From: Wolbachia endosymbiont of Drosophila innubila
Lineage (GTDB): Bacteria; Pseudomonadota; Alphaproteobacteria; Rickettsiales; Anaplasmataceae
Direction of reading: 5' to 3'
Length of the DNA: 32,000 nucleotides
Assembly (NCBI RefSeq): GCF_021378375.1
Contig: NZ_CP076228.1
Location: 150,001-182,000 of the forward strand
The notes under the pieces were generated by a model, which did not search any database, was not told the origin of the DNA, and was given only the letters and a program-made list of their open reading frames with translations. The first letter of the stretch is position 1, and every line of letters starts with the position of its first letter. A program made the position numbers and the translations under genes. Positions 18,868 through 28,530 of this stretch are shown here, in pieces.

Positions 18868-20071
18868 TGACCTTACCCAGAAAAAGTGGAGAGAAAGAAA
18901 GGAGTTTTTTTGGGTAAAATAAAATTTTGGAGGATTAGAAATGGTAAGAGAATATACAGCAGAATTCAAATTGGAAGCTGTTAAACTGGCAAATGAACAA
19001 AGAAAGGTAGGTCAACCAGTTGCAAAAGTAGCAAGAGATCTAGGAATAAGGGATAGTGTATTAGGAAAATGGATAAAGAAACACAACGAAAAAAAAAGTC
19101 GGCGGCAAATGCATTTCCAGATGTAGCACCTTATGACAAAGAGAGGTTTGATTTACAAAGCAAGAGTAACAAGGGAAAGAGACATTAAAAAAAAAGCCCT
19201 GGCCAGTCAAAAAGAGTAAAATATTTTTTTATATAGTAACTGCTATAAAGTACAGGAATTATGTAGGATTTTCTGCTAGTGGCTACTATAAGTGGACCAC
19301 AAGAAAAATAAGCAGTAGAGAATCAGCAAATAAAGAGTTATTAGCAGATATTCAAAAAATATATCAAGCTTCTAAATGTAGATATGGAGCTCCTAAAATT
19401 CATGCTGAATTGAAGGCTTTGGGTAAAAGTTGCAATTTGAAAACGGTGCAAAGTATTATGCAGAAAAATGACATCAGGGCTATACTGAAAAGAAAGTTTA
19501 AAATTAAAAAACAACAAACAGATAATAGAGCTGTAGCTCCCAATATACTAGATCAAAACTTTATTGTTGATCAACCAAATAAAGTATGGGATTACTTATA
19601 TAAAAACCAAAGAAGGATGGCTATATTTGGCAACAATAATCGATCTATATTCACGCATGGTAGTTAATGAGCAGTTCAATAAATAAACAATTGGTTATGG
19701 ACTCTTTATTAATGGCCGTTAACAAGCGTAAACCTGCCAAAAATCTACTATTACATAGTGATCAAGGTTCACAATATACTTTGCAAGGTTATCAATATCT
19801 CTTAGCTGTAAAGAATATAGATGAGTAATAAAGGCTGTTGTTACGACAATTCTGTTGCAGAAAGCTTCTTTAGCTCATTGAAAAGAGAAATACTTATTGA
19901 TACTTCACAACACTCTGCTCAACAAACTAGAACTGCAATATTTGAATACATAGAAATTTTTTATAACAAACAACGTCACTATTAACTATTGCATTCCAGA
20001 ACAATTTGATGCATCATTCTTTTTGTAAAAAACATTCCACACTTTCTCTCCACTTTTTCTGGGTAAGGTCA
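18868..20071 (+). mobile_element. IS3-family insertion sequence, degenerate
   Basis: Inverted repeats TGACCTTACCCAGAAAAAGTGGAGAGAAAG (from 18868) and CTTTCTCTCCACTTTTTCTGGGTAAGGTCA (to 20071) flank OrfA/OrfB-like sequences. Confidence 0.92.
18941..19940 (+). pseudogene. IS3-family transposase (OrfA + OrfB), broken by several frameshifts and stops
   Basis: OrfA: MVREYTAEFKLEAVKLANEQRKVGQPVAKVARDLGIRDSVLGKWIKKH. OrfB pieces: VGFSASGYYKW, YGAPKIHAELKALGKSCNLKTVQSIMQKNDIRAI, VMDSLLMAVNKRKPAKNLLLHSDQGSQYT and CYDNSVAESFFSSLKREILIDTSQ, in different frames. Confidence 0.88.
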
Positions 20072-20076
20072 CTGAC

Positions 20077-21501
20077 TCAATACCCAGTCAATATCCTTTC
20101 CACCAGTTCTTTTACTGCCGGTACGTAGCCATTCTCATAAAATGGATCTTGCTTAAATTTGTACACATTGTGCCCGGAAAACATGAGTTCGTTCTCAATA
20201 TCACCGTCGTGTATAACGTTTTGCAGTGTTTTTTGTATGCAAAAACTACGCGGATCTGGCTTTCGTCCTGTTGAATGGTCACCATGATCTTTCCAATTGC
20301 TAAACAAACAATGGCTCAAACATCCCATACAATTGATTTGATCTTCTCTTATTTGTTTAAATTTATCTGGCGTCACAAAAATAACAGTTGAATCTGGGGT
20401 TTTCATTGCTTCTGTGTACCCTGCTTTAGTCCATGTATTTGCCAGTTCTTTGTCTTTTGCAGTAAGGTAGATCTTCCTACCTCTGCTACCCATTGCAAAT
20501 TCACTATTGGATTCTTCGCTGGCATTTTCTGAAAAATTTACTTGATGTAATTTTCGTTCCTGTAACTCACGTATAAAATTATTCCTCACCGCAGATGAGT
20601 AAAACCCTGTTGGACTGAATTTATTTAAAAATACATCACCTTCTTCTAAAGTGAGTAGCTTCTTTTTCCACTCTGCAGAAATTGGGCTTTCTTTCGTCAA
20701 AAGTGGACGAGTGCCAAACTGAAAAGCTATTGGTCCAATTTGCAGATTGTCAAACCAATGTTCCCAATCTTTCAAATGCCACACTCCTCCTGCCATAACA
20801 ATTGGTGTTTCTGAAAGACCGATCTCGTTCATGAAAGATCTAAGCTCTGCAACTCTTTCAAATGGAGCCTGTGGTAGCTCTGGGTCTTCACTGTTACTCA
20901 GTCCATTGTGCCCTCCAGCAAGCCATGGATCTTCATACACTACTCCACCAAGCAAATAGGAAGATATTCTTTGGTAAGCACGCTTCCATAATGCTTTAAA
21001 AGCACGCACCGATGAGATAATAGGGTAATAATAAACCTGATATTTAGCTGCAATTTCTCCAAGCCTATAAGGCATACCAGCACCGCAGGTAATACCATGA
21101 ATCAAACCTTTCGCTCCTTCTAATATGCCATGAAGTACGCGTTCTGCTGCTCCCATCTCCCAAAGTACATTCATGTGTATTCTTCCATGACCTTTTGATA
21201 TTTCATTTGCTATTCTTGCCTGACTAATTCCAGCTTCAATACTATACTCAATCAATTCACTATGCTTTTCATTTCTTGTTTTGCCTTTATAAATTAGTGG
21301 CACTAACTCGCCATTATCATCAATAAGCTTAGCATTTGCACCAGAAAATGTACCCACAGCATCTGCTGCAGCAAATGCTCCGCTTGATCTCCCATCACTA
21401 ACTGCAATGCCTTTACCACCTTCGATGATTGGCCACACTTCCTTTCCTGAAATTACTATCTTTTTTATCTTATTTTTCAAAACTTCCTCGCAATCTTTCA
21501 C
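20077..21501 (-). CDS. Nitronate monooxygenase/2-nitropropane dioxygenase-like FMN-dependent oxidoreductase
   Basis: 474 aa with ISSVRAFKALWKRAYQ, EDPWLAGGHNGLSN, ETPIVMAGGVW, IGPIAFQFGTRPLLTKESPI and a C-terminal Cys cluster (CMGCLSHCLF). Confidence 0.8.
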   Translation of the reverse strand: MKDCEEVLKNKIKKIVISGKEVWPIIEGGKGIAVSDGRSSGAFAAADAVGTFSGANAKLIDDNGELVPLIYKGKTRNEKHSELIEYSIEAGISQARIANEISKGHGRIHMNVLWEMGAAERVLHGILEGAKGLIHGITCGAGMPYRLGEIAAKYQVYYYPIISSVRAFKALWKRAYQRISSYLLGGVVYEDPWLAGGHNGLSNSEDPELPQAPFERVAELRSFMNEIGLSETPIVMAGGVWHLKDWEHWFDNLQIGPIAFQFGTRPLLTKESPISAEWKKKLLTLEEGDVFLNKFSPTGFYSSAVRNNFIRELQERKLHQVNFSENASEESNSEFAMGSRGRKIYLTAKDKELANTWTKAGYTEAMKTPDSTVIFVTPDKFKQIREDQINCMGCLSHCLFSNWKDHGDHSTGRKPDPRSFCIQKTLQNVIHDGDIENELMFSGHNVYKFKQDPFYENGYVPAVKELVERILTGY

Positions 21502-21617
21502 TCTATTTTACTTAATTACTAAAAAAATGATAGCTGTTTATTTTTTCTTGTATCATTAAAGCTTCTGTAGCTACTCATGCTGTTGTAGTTTGAGAGCAGT
21601 TCCCATCGGAAGGGTGT

Positions 21618-21832
21618 CATTCCAGTGCTTGACACTGGAATCCAGTTTTTGATCAAAAATGTTGCTATAGTGCACAATCAATTTTCCTGGATCCAAGTAG
21701 TCTGGGCTACTTGGATGACACCATAGGGGGCTACTTGGATGACAGGGGAGGCTGCTGGGATCCTGACAACCGTCATCCCGCTGCTTGTTAGCGGGATCTA
21801 GAGATACCGCGGCGGTATGACGTAGAGCTACG
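21618..21832. repeat. Composite palindromic/MITE-like repeat cluster
   Basis: gtgtcattccagtgcttgacactggaatccag...tagtgcacaatcaattttcctggatccaagtagtctgggctacttggatgacacc, followed by gtcatcccgctgcttgttagcgggatctagagataccgcggcggtatgac. Confidence 0.8.
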
Positions 21833-22415
21833 TGTTTAGGTTTAATGAATCCACTATATCTTTTACTTGAGAAAAAACATACTCTTTGCTTACACTGGTA
21901 TCGATAATAAAGTCACTCATCTTCCTTTTCTCCTCAATAGATAACTGAACATCGGAGATTAGATTAAGCTTTTCTTTATCTATGTTGCGTTCGTTAAGTC
22001 TTTGAGCTTGCACAACGCTATCTGCATGAACAAAAACAATAAGGTCGCAATATAAATAAAATTTTGTTTCTAATAGAAGTGGCACATCTAAAACTAAAAG
22101 TTTTCTATCGATCTTTTTTTCCTTGGCAATAAAAAATTCTAATTCACGCAGCACAGCAGAGTGAACCAAAGATTGAAATTGTTTCCAATTTTCATCGTAG
22201 GCTAAGAAATATTTAGACAGTACTGTTCTATCTATTTCACCATTTACTACCACTCCAGGAAAATTTTTCTCTGCATAACTTATTATGCTTTTATCCACTT
22301 TATAAAGTTGGTGTACAACAGAATCAGCATCAAATACAACAGCACCAAACTCTTGAAAGCAATTAGCTACAAAGCTCTTTCCTACCCCAATTCCGCCTGT
22401 TAGACTTATAATCAT
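21828..22415 (-). CDS. coaE: Dephospho-CoA kinase
   Basis: 195 aa with MIISLTGGIGVGKSFVANCFQEFGAVVFDADSVVHQLY, LVLDVPLLLETKFYLYCDLIVFVHAD and a DFIIDTS-type C-terminus. Confidence 0.95.
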   Translation of the reverse strand: MIISLTGGIGVGKSFVANCFQEFGAVVFDADSVVHQLYKVDKSIISYAEKNFPGVVVNGEIDRTVLSKYFLAYDENWKQFQSLVHSAVLRELEFFIAKEKKIDRKLLVLDVPLLLETKFYLYCDLIVFVHADSVVQAQRLNERNIDKEKLNLISDVQLSIEEKRKMSDFIIDTSVSKEYVFSQVKDIVDSLNLNT

Positions 22416-22499
22416 ATAACAAAATACATTCGACTTCTTTTGAAACTATAGCTAAGGTTTCTCTATATATATTAACTAGATTTTCTAGATCTCAGTGTC

Positions 22500-22695
22500 A
22501 AGCACATAACTATACGAACATTGCAATTTGTAGGTGGTGTTATTCCAGTCTGGAATCTAGCTTTTATGTTGCATAGTGCACAATCAATTTTCCTGGATCC
22601 AAGTAGTCAGGGCTACTTGGATAACACCCTACTTAACCGTCATACCGCCGCGGTATCTCTTAGCCACTAACACGTAGCGGGATGACGATTGTCGA
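22500..22695. repeat. Composite palindromic/MITE-like repeat cluster
   Basis: tatacgaacattgcaatttgtagg...agtgcacaatcaattttcctggatccaagtagtcagggctacttggataacaccc...ccgtcataccgccgcggtatctct...cgtagcgggatgacgattgtcg. Confidence 0.78.
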
Positions 22696-22710
22696 TAAAT
22701 CTAAGTTACT

Positions 22711-23888
22711 TTAGCAACAGTTATTCTCCACTAAATTACTCTGAATTTTGGTTATATTATTTGCGGATTTCACTGCTGAAATCTCAAATTTTGAGCTTGT
22801 GTTCAAAAATGATTCAACTGACCTGCCAAAAAAATCATATCTCCATCCCTTGAATAATTTATCTGTCTGTCCAGATATTGACCCGGTTAACTCATCTTTT
22901 GAAGAAACTAATTTCCTTGATATGTTACTTTCTTTACATTTACTATCTAAAATAATTGAGAGTATATCAAGTACAGATTTGTCATAATTACTCGATAAGG
23001 TGTTGTTTTGCTGCATCCAATTTCTCTCATTTTCATTAAAAATATTCACAAACTCTAGTAAATCCGCATCTTTTATATTTTTGTATTCCTCTTGAGATCA
23101 TCTAAAATCTCATCAACATGCTCTACATTTTTTTCAATAAAATCAGCTATTACAGCATTATTGATTATTTTATTACGGTTCATATTATAGCGCTGTGCTA
23201 AGGTTTCTTGCCACTCACTAACTGCTTTAACAGTTAGTATCAATCTTGGATTTACTTCATAATTAAATTTAATCCTCTTCCATGCATCTTTTGGGCTATG
23301 TAAATACTTATTTATATCAACTATTGATTCCATCTCTTCTTGAAACCAACCCATCCTATTATTTTCTTCAAGTTTATTGCACAATATTTGGTATAGGTCA
23401 TATAGGTGTACCACGTCGTTTACTGCATAATCTAACTGATCTTCGGACAACGGACGCCTTAACCAATCTGAATTTTTAGCTTTAATTTTATCCAGTGCTA
23501 TTCTTTGATATTGCTCCACTACTTTTGAGTAACCAATAAAGTCATGATAATAATGACAAAACATAGCAGCAACTTGGGTATCAAAAATGGGAGTGGGAAT
23601 ACATTTAAACACAGTGAGTAAGGATTCTATATCCTGCCGGCAGCTATGAAACACTTTGGTTATCCCCTGATTTAGCATTATTTTCTTAATGAATGATAAA
23701 TCAATTTCTGGCACTAATGCGTCTACAATAAAACTCTTCTCTCCGTAAGAAATTTGAATTAACGATAATTTTGGGTAGTAGATTAAATTATTTCTAATGA
23801 ACTCCGTGTCAACTGCTATAAATTTCGGCTTTTTTGCTATTAACTCTTCACATGTATTCTCCAGTTCTGATGTTGTACTAATTAGCAT
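22711..23888 (-). pseudogene. rnd: Ribonuclease D, split by a single-base frameshift near 23080-23095
   Basis: N-terminal ORF 23073-23939: KPKFIAVDTEFIRNNLIYYPKLSLIQIS..., KVFHSCRQDIESLL, IFDTQVAAMF, YAVNDVVHLYDLY and the first HRDC. C-terminal ORF 22711-23049 carries ...LFKGWRYDFFGRSVESFLN, typical of the RNase D C-terminus. A -1 shift reads DDLK(E)EYKNIKDADLLEFVNIFNENERNW continuously. Confidence 0.85.
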
Positions 23889-24223
23889 ATATTTTTTATT
23901 CAGTGGATTTATTTTATAATTTATATTAAATTTTTGCAATTAATGACTTCTTGCAGAACTTTCTATCACTCATTGGCATCACACAAATAGCCTTTTCCAT
24001 CCCAATCCCAGTGCTTCCTTCTCCTGTCATCCCAGTGCCCTGACTACTTGGATCTAGCAAGCTTTGCTTGCAAATAAGTCTAATACGCGTCGCGTTTTAT
24101 GCCAAAACACAATTGGAGTTACATGCAAAATAGATCCCAGACTGGGATGACAAAAAAAGGAGCACTGGGATGACAGCAGTCCTGCGTCATACCGCCGCGG
24201 TATCTCTAGATCCCGCTAACAAG

Positions 24224-24722
24224 TAGCGGGATGACGATTGTCGTTTAGCTATAAATATTAAGAAATTTACCAAACAAAAAAAAGGCAAAAGAAGCCCTGG
24301 GGTTATTATCCGCTTTAAAATATTGGCGTTTTTTATGTTTTAAACGCTTGACAAGCAAGATTAAGCTGCTTTTAATTGCAACTAACTTACGCTGCAAATG
24401 TTTAAGAAATTTACTAAGCAGAAAAAAAGACAAAGAATCCCCGAGTTAGCTAGTCTTTTACTATCTCTGTCGAGTATTGGCATTTTTTGATGTCTTGTAA
24501 CGCTTTATAAGCGCGTTCAGCTTATTTAGATAAAAATCTAGATGTAGATGAAGTTTTGTAAAGACATATAGTATCTATATACTGCAAAAAATTGAACATA
24601 AGACGCCGATACATTAAGTAATCCTTACCTTTTAATCTGCAGATTGGCGAAAGCAAATACAATAGCTTCACTATCATGATAAGGGAGCTGGCGAAGGGTG
24701 TCAAGTAAGTTTTTCGTTTCTA
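24224..24722. repeat. About 500 bp dispersed repeat, copy B (near-identical to 4357-4855)
   Basis: Same sequence and orientation as copy A. It sits immediately 3' of mutS. Confidence 0.93.
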
Positions 24723-24770
24723 TAGCTACTACCACGATTGTATAGGTAATTCTTCACTTATAATAATGAT

Positions 24771-27235
24771 TCAAGCCTTCAGCTCCTCAAACACTTCATT
24801 TGCTCTATTTAAAACAGAATCAGGAAAACCAGCAAGTTTTGCTACATGTATTCCATATGACTCATCTGCAATGCCTTCAATTACTTCATGTAGAAAAATA
24901 ACCTCTCCGTTCCACTCTCTTATTTTTACACAAAAACATTTCACGTTCTTCAAGTATTTGCTTACTTTAGTTAATTCATGATAATGAGTTGCAAAAATGG
25001 CGCGGCACTTATTTACATTGTGAATATGTTCAATCACCGCCTGTGCAATAGATAATCCATCATACACCCCTGTGCCCCTACCAATTTCATCAAGTATCAC
25101 CAAGGAACGGTCCGTTGCCTGATTTACTATCGTTGCTGTTTCGATCATCTCTACCATGAAGGTAGAATAACCAGCTGTTATATTATCCGTTGCGCCAACC
25201 CTGCTGAATATCTTGTCAATCACTCCAATATGTGCACTCTCTGCTGGCACAAATGACCCCATGTGAGCTAAAATTGCAATGAGAGCGTTTTGCCTCAAGA
25301 AAGTGCTTTTTCCAGCCATATTAGGACCAGTAATTAGATGTATACCAGCTAAATTGATGCTATTTGCAATGAATTTATCGTTAACTTCAACCACTGGATG
25401 TCTTCCGCTACAGATATTGAACTCTTTGCTGTCATCAATAATGGGTTTTACGTAATTATTTTGCACTGCAAGCTCTGCAAATGCGGTTCTAACATCAAGT
25501 TTTGCCAAAGCATTTGCAGCAAGAGCAATTTTTCAGATTCTTTAGCGACTTCACTACACAGTTCACTAAAAATTTTCATTTCTAAGCCGATTGCAGCATC
25601 ACGTGCCGTAAGAATTTTATTTTCTAGTTCTTTCAATTCATTAGTAGTGTAGCGCATGCTATTTGCTAAGCTTTGCCTATGAATAAATATATCCGAAGTT
25701 ATTTTGTGATTTGCCGACACTTCAACGTAATAACCAAGTATGTTGTTGTGTAATATTTTGAGTGCGGCAATGCCAGTAAGATCGCGATAAGATTCACGGA
25801 GCTTAGTTACCAACTTGTTACTGTTGTTCAATATATAAGATAACTCAGATAATTCTGAGTTGTATTTTGAGTGAATAAATCCTCCTTCTTTCACGGAACT
25901 GAGGTTATTATCGAGTATAGCACTATTTAACAGTTCAAATAGGTCTTTATGATTGCCAAGGCTTTTATGTATTGTGCTTAGTTCACTCTCGTCTGATTTT
26001 ACTGTTATTCCAGCGCGTGACGCTAGCTGGATCTCAGTTTGGATGACATATTGTTGTGGGAGAGATCCATTTTCACCTGATTCAATTTTACATAAGAACT
26101 CAGACAATTCTAAAGTCTTTCCTAGGCCTATTTTCAATAGGTTCATATCCTTTGGTGAACTACGCCCTAGTATTAAGCGCGATAAAGACCTTTCAATATC
26201 CGGAATGTTAGATAATATCTCTCGTATTTTTCTGCGTGAATCATGATTATTTACAAAAAATTGAGCGGTGCTGAGCCTCAAATTGATTGCCTTGGAGCAA
26301 GCAAGGGGTGAAGCGAGCATTTGTTTGAGCAGGCGTCCACCAGAAGCTGTAACTGTATGATCAATAACTGAAATTAGTGAACCTTTCTTTTCACCAAATT
26401 GAGTTGAAAACAACTCAAGATTTCTCCTTGCTGAAGCATCAATAAGCATGAAATTTTGTTGCTTATAGGTTTTTGGGAATTCAAGCCTTGGAATAGAGCC
26501 CCTTTGTGTTACTCTGACATATTCAAGCAGTGCACCACACGCCATGATTTCTACTTTGCTGAAATTTCCTATACTCCCAAGTTCCCTGATTTTATAAAAC
26601 TCGCATAATGTTCTGTGAGATTTACTATACTCAAAAAAGCTCTGTGCGTGTTGCGTAATTGATATTTTATAATTTTTTAAAATCGATCTAATTTTTTCAT
26701 CCTCAGTGAATTTTTCAGAAATTAATAATTCTCTTGGTGATATACGCAATAAATCACTATCTAGAGCTTTCAAACTCGTTAAAGTGTGAAAAAATTTTCC
26801 CGTCGATAATTCAAGCCAACTAATAGCATATTCGTCATTTTGTTCAACTATGGATGCGAGATAATTATTGCTTTTATCCTCCAGTAGTGAATCTTCTATA
26901 ATTGTACCTGGAGTTACAACTCGCACTACATCACGTTTTACTATGGATTTATAGCCCCTCTTTTTTGCTTCATCAGCAGTTTCTAATTGATCACAGATTG
27001 CTACTTTGAATCCTAAATCTATTAGCTTGTGCAGGTAAGATTCACTACTGTGTGCTGGCACTTCACACATTGGTATTTCTTGCCCACACGAATTACCTCT
27101 CTTAGTGAGCACTATATTCAGCAATTTCGCAGCTTTAATAGCATCATCGAAAAACAATTCATAAAAATCTCCTAGCCTATAAAATAGCAGATGATCTTTG
27201 TATTGAGCTTTCAGGTTCAAATACTGCTCCATCAC
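24771..27235 (-). pseudogene. mutS: DNA mismatch repair protein MutS, disrupted by a -1 frameshift in a homopolymer near 25530
   Basis: N-terminal ORF 25448-27235: [32 protein letters not shown]..., [21 protein letters not shown]-terminal ORF 24771-25508 has the ATPase domain ([61 protein letters not shown]). Restoring one A in the A5 tract gives ...[23 protein letters not shown] in one frame. Confidence 0.92.
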
Positions 27236-27363
27236 AGGGGTGTTTTTTCTTTTACGAAGCTCATAATATTTTTTAATATATTGTATTGATAAACGTTATT
27301 ATAGATTATATTGCACATGTGAATAACATAAATTTTAAATAGGTGTATAGAGGGGAAAATTTA

Positions 27364-27500
27364 AAACAATTAAATTTCTTGGATCCAAGTAGTCAGGACA
27401 CTTGGATGACATAAAGAGTAGGAGTATTTGATGACAAAAAAACAAAAACACAGTTGTCATTCCAGCGCGTGACGCTGGAATCCAGAATATCCTAATTACA
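27364..27500. repeat. Palindromic/MITE-like repeat fragments
   Basis: ttggatccaagtagtcaggacacttggatgaca...tgtcattccagcgcgtgacgctggaatccag, related to the 21.6 and 22.5 kb clusters. Confidence 0.65.
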
Positions 27501-27538
27501 AGGTTTATTATTTAGTTTGAAAAATACTATAGCTTTTT

Positions 27539-28345
27539 CTATGTAAGTTGTGGCCCCTTTTTACCATTTGCGACAGTTGTATCATCAACAGATATTTCAG
27601 AGCTAACAGTGCTAATAGTTTTTTCTATCGCTTTAGCCTGTTCATAGTCTTGACTCAAAAAATACATGGCCAGTCCAATAGCTATACTAGCAACAAGAGA
27701 AGATGCTATCATTACACCTAGTATCATACCACCAGAAAGACTTACTGCAACACACACACCAGCTCCAAGTACAACACCAAGAAAACCACCAATTATTACG
27801 CCAGGCACCAAACTGCCTACCATAGCGCTTTCTTTTTTCGTATTAGCTTGTTTTTTCATACTTTTAATAAGCACTTCTTTTGTTTTTCCTTGAGCTAAAT
27901 CTGAAGGAACTTTATTATCCGCGTTTTGTATCAAAGGATTTGCACTATATGTAACAAGCAGGGTGGTTATTTCTTCAGTTTTATTACCTATAACTGCATG
28001 ATGTAGTAATGTATTTCCCTCTTCATCTTTAAAGTTTATATGAGTACGAAATTCTTCATCTAGATTTCTTATTGGGTTGTTTTTTGCATATATCCTAGAT
28101 TGTATTGCTCCATCTAAGTATTGTATTACTTGTTCTAGTGATTGCTCGCCAGGATTTTGTATAAAATGAAGCAGAATTTCGTGTACTATCGCTTCCTTTG
28201 TAGTTTGTGGGCATTGTAAAGCGTAATTAAATGTCTGTGTAGTAATAACTTCTTCTTTTCTTTTTTTAAGAACAACCCTTAAATCTTCAATCGCCTTTTC
28301 ACCATCTTTTATTCCAAGAATTATTGAATCCAAATTATTTATCAT
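27539..28345 (-). CDS. Ankyrin-repeat protein with C-terminal transmembrane segments
   Basis: 268 aa. Ankyrin-like INFKDEEGNTLLHHAVIGNKTEEITTLLVTYSANPLIQNADNKVPSDLA, then hydrophobic SLVPGVIIGGFLGVVLGAGVCVAVSLSGGMILGVMIASSLVASIAIGLAMYF. Confidence 0.8.
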   Translation of the reverse strand: MINNLDSIILGIKDGEKAIEDLRVVLKKRKEEVITTQTFNYALQCPQTTKEAIVHEILLHFIQNPGEQSLEQVIQYLDGAIQSRIYAKNNPIRNLDEEFRTHINFKDEEGNTLLHHAVIGNKTEEITTLLVTYSANPLIQNADNKVPSDLAQGKTKEVLIKSMKKQANTKKESAMVGSLVPGVIIGGFLGVVLGAGVCVAVSLSGGMILGVMIASSLVASIAIGLAMYFLSQDYEQAKAIEKTISTVSSEISVDDTTVANGKKGPQLT

Positions 28346-28530
28346 GCTATCCTCCTTGATTTGATTGCATTACTCATTAATAAATAATATAATAAATCCT
28401 GCTAAAAGTCAAGCAATTAATTAATAAGTTAATATAATCCTCCAAAAGGAGCTCCTTACTTTTTGTTCAGCATGTCCATTGGATCAGACTCTTTAAGCTT
28501 GCTGTTTGCTGAATTTATTCATCACAATAG

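Noticed and set aside
18970-20071. Treating the IS3 copy as active
   Set aside because: OrfB requires several frameshifts to read through conserved motifs ([14 protein letters not shown] ends prematurely; the LLLHSDQGSQYT and CYDNSVAESFFSSLKREI blocks are in different frames).
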